Shown here: piece by piece, positions 62,730 through 64,000 of the stretch
Numbering within the stretch: position 1 is the stretch's first letter
Layout of the letters: the number at the start of each line of letters is the position of its first letter
Origin: Chloroflexota bacterium
GTDB lineage: Bacteria; Chloroflexota; Limnocylindria; P2-11E
Direction of reading: 5' to 3'
DNA length: 64,000 nucleotides
NCBI GenBank assembly: GCA_005881885.1
Contig: VBDX01000133.1
Coordinates: 15,461 to 79,460, forward strand
The notes under the pieces: model-generated
Databases searched by the model: none
Seen by the model: only the letters and a program-made list of their open reading frames with translations
What the model was told of the DNA's origin: nothing
Translations under genes and position numbers: made by a program

Positions 62730-63419
62730 TTACACGACGAGCATCTCGCGTAAGCGTTCGATTTCGGCGCGCAGCACGCCGATCCGCTCCAGATATGCAG
62801 CCGCGTCAGCGTGCTCCGCGCGCACGGCCGTCAGCAGCTGGCCAATGACCCACGCACGCCGGGCCTGGCGCTCCGCCATGTCGGCGGCGACTTCCGGGTG
62901 TTCCGATCTGAAGCGCGCGTACTCGTCGGCGAGCTCGACGTCGCTCGCGCAGTAGTCGGCGACGATGTCGTCGTGGGCGACCTCGAGCGCGGCGAGCAGC
63001 AGCGCCACGACGATCCCGGTTCGGTCCCGCCCGGCCTGGCAATGGACGACGACCGCCGGATCCGCGCTCGCGATCGCGGCGAGTGCCGCTCGCAGCCCGC
63101 TCCCCGGCCGCGCGAGATCGACGAGCTGTTGCGCCATCGTTCCGGCGATCGCATGTTCGTGCAGCTTCAGGGTGTGCTCGCCGTCGACACGGACGTTCCG
63201 GTACGCGAGGCCCAGCCCGAACGGGTTTGGCAGCGCCGTCACCTCATCCGGCCCACGCAGGTCGATAACGGTCTTGACGCCGTGAGCGCGGATGGCGACC
63301 GACCCTGCCGGCGTGAGCGATCCCAAGGTCGATGCGCGCACGAGGGCCCCGCTCCTGATCACGCCGCCAGCGCAGCGAAGGCCACCGAGATCGCGCACGT
63401 TGAGGTACGCGTCCCACAT
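62730..63419 (-). CDS. Protein tyrosine/dual-specificity phosphatase (CX5R active site)
   Basis: 'VVHCQAGRDRTGIVVALLL' P-loop. Confidence 0.7.
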   Translation of the reverse strand: MWDAYLNVRDLGGLRCAGGVIRSGALVRASTLGSLTPAGSVAIRAHGVKTVIDLRGPDEVTALPNPFGLGLAYRNVRVDGEHTLKLHEHAIAGTMAQQLVDLARPGSGLRAALAAIASADPAVVVHCQAGRDRTGIVVALLLAALEVAHDDIVADYCASDVELADEYARFRSEHPEVAADMAERQARRAWVIGQLLTAVRAEHADAAAYLERIGVLRAEIERLREMLVV

Positions 63420-63439
63420 CAGGCGCCGATCGTGTGCGA

Positions 63440-64000
63440 TCAGGCGTCCCAGCGCGGCGGACCGGGCGGGCGGATCTCAGGCGGGCGCGGCGCGTTGTGG
63501 CCGTCGAGCGGGATCTCTTCCGACGGCTTCCACGTACGCGCGGCGGCGAGTTCTTCTTTCGCCAGCACCGTCCTCCCGAAGCGACCGTAGGTCGAGAGCT
63601 CGAAGTTCGGGGTCTCGCCGAGCGCGCCGTGCGGGCAGACCTCGACACAGTCGCCGCAGTAGATGCAGCGGACGATGTCCAGCTCGTACGTCTGCAGGTC
63701 GCGCTCGCGCATCATCAGCGCTCCAGTCGGGCAGGTCTCAGCGCACGCACCGCATGACACGCAGTCGGTGTACTTGAGCGAGACGTTCCATGGTGTGGTG
63801 ACGATCGAGTCGTAGCCCCCGCCCATCAGGCCATAGCAGTTCGCGCCGATGACGTCGCGGCAGATGCGCACGCACTGTGTGCAGTTGATGCACTTGTTGA
63901 GGTCGCGAAGGATGAAGTCATGGCTGAAGTCGTACTCGTAGTCGTGATAGTCCACCGGCTCGGCACGGTGGAAGCGGTTGTCGGTGAGCCCATGCTCGAG
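63440..64000 (-). CDS. 4Fe-4S ferredoxin-type iron-sulfur protein (NuoI/HycF-like), N-terminus beyond the window end
   Basis: Three CxxCxxCxxxC(P) clusters (CINCTQCVRIC, CVSCGACAETCP, CIYCGDCVEVCP). The reading frame stays open to position 64000. Confidence 0.55.
   Translation of the reverse strand, partial: LEHGLTDNRFHRAEPVDYHDYEYDFSHDFILRDLNKCINCTQCVRICRDVIGANCYGLMGGGYDSIVTTPWNVSLKYTDCVSCGACAETCPTGALMMRERDLQTYELDIVRCIYCGDCVEVCPHGALGETPNFELSTYGRFGRTVLAKEELAAARTWKPSEEIPLDGHNAPRPPEIRPPGPPRWDA

Overview
This is a 64-kb window of high-GC (~70%) bacterial chromosome with T-box-regulated aminoacyl-tRNA synthetases and an infC-rpmI-rplT-pheST operon, which suggests a Gram-positive-type (Terrabacteria) lineage. 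It is densely coded on both strands, and many adjacent genes are joined by 1-4 nt start/stop overlaps (ATGA, GTGA, TTGA, TAATG).

The first ~26 kb is mostly housekeeping. It holds the 3' part of an EF-G paralog with degenerate GTPase motifs, a divergent wHTH-nucleotidyltransferase / RusA-wHTH gene pair, a tyrS-TPR-ndh operon and a class A PBP. It continues with a NUDIX gene, mutS2, mpg and a dpp-type ABC transporter, then pheST-rplT-rpmI-infC (infC apparently starts on ATA), a tandem-GNAT gene and thrS behind a T-box leader.

From ~26.6 to 53.4 kb lies a large surface-polysaccharide island. It contains a Gfo/Idh/MocA oxidoreductase, an epimerase, a Wzx-like flippase, a bactofilin plus pentapeptide-repeat gene pair, a giant multidomain GH5 hydrolase, a GT4 and a GT-C membrane glycosyltransferase. 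Its core is a nine-gene minus-strand operon: Wzz-like, CpsD-like ATPase with degenerate Walker A, a 50-aa two-TM micro-ORF, Wzy-like, GT4, CE4 deacetylase, FATGY-type flavin monooxygenase, ATP-grasp and FemAB-like. A GT2, a clan GH-A hydrolase and an initiating sugar transferase-methyltransferase-wecB operon follow.

The last 11 kb encodes two paralogous secreted beta-propeller-like proteins, a 979-aa secreted protein with four Ig-like repeats, two adjacent orphan OmpR-family response regulators, tRNA-Val(GAC), a lipoprotein, a MidA-like methyltransferase, a CX5R phosphatase and a partial Fe-S protein.

The most striking non-genic signal is a recurring operator-like element. It consists of three direct heptamer repeats (ATTGAGC-N4-STTGACG-N4-RTTGAMS) at exact 11-bp spacing. 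It occurs upstream of at least six plus-strand genes or operons in the polysaccharide and secreted-protein region, the architecture expected for OmpR/PhoB-type regulators such as the two encoded here.

Coordinates taken from the ORF track should be exact. Coordinates I derived by counting bases (start codons, motif sites) may be off by 1 nt.
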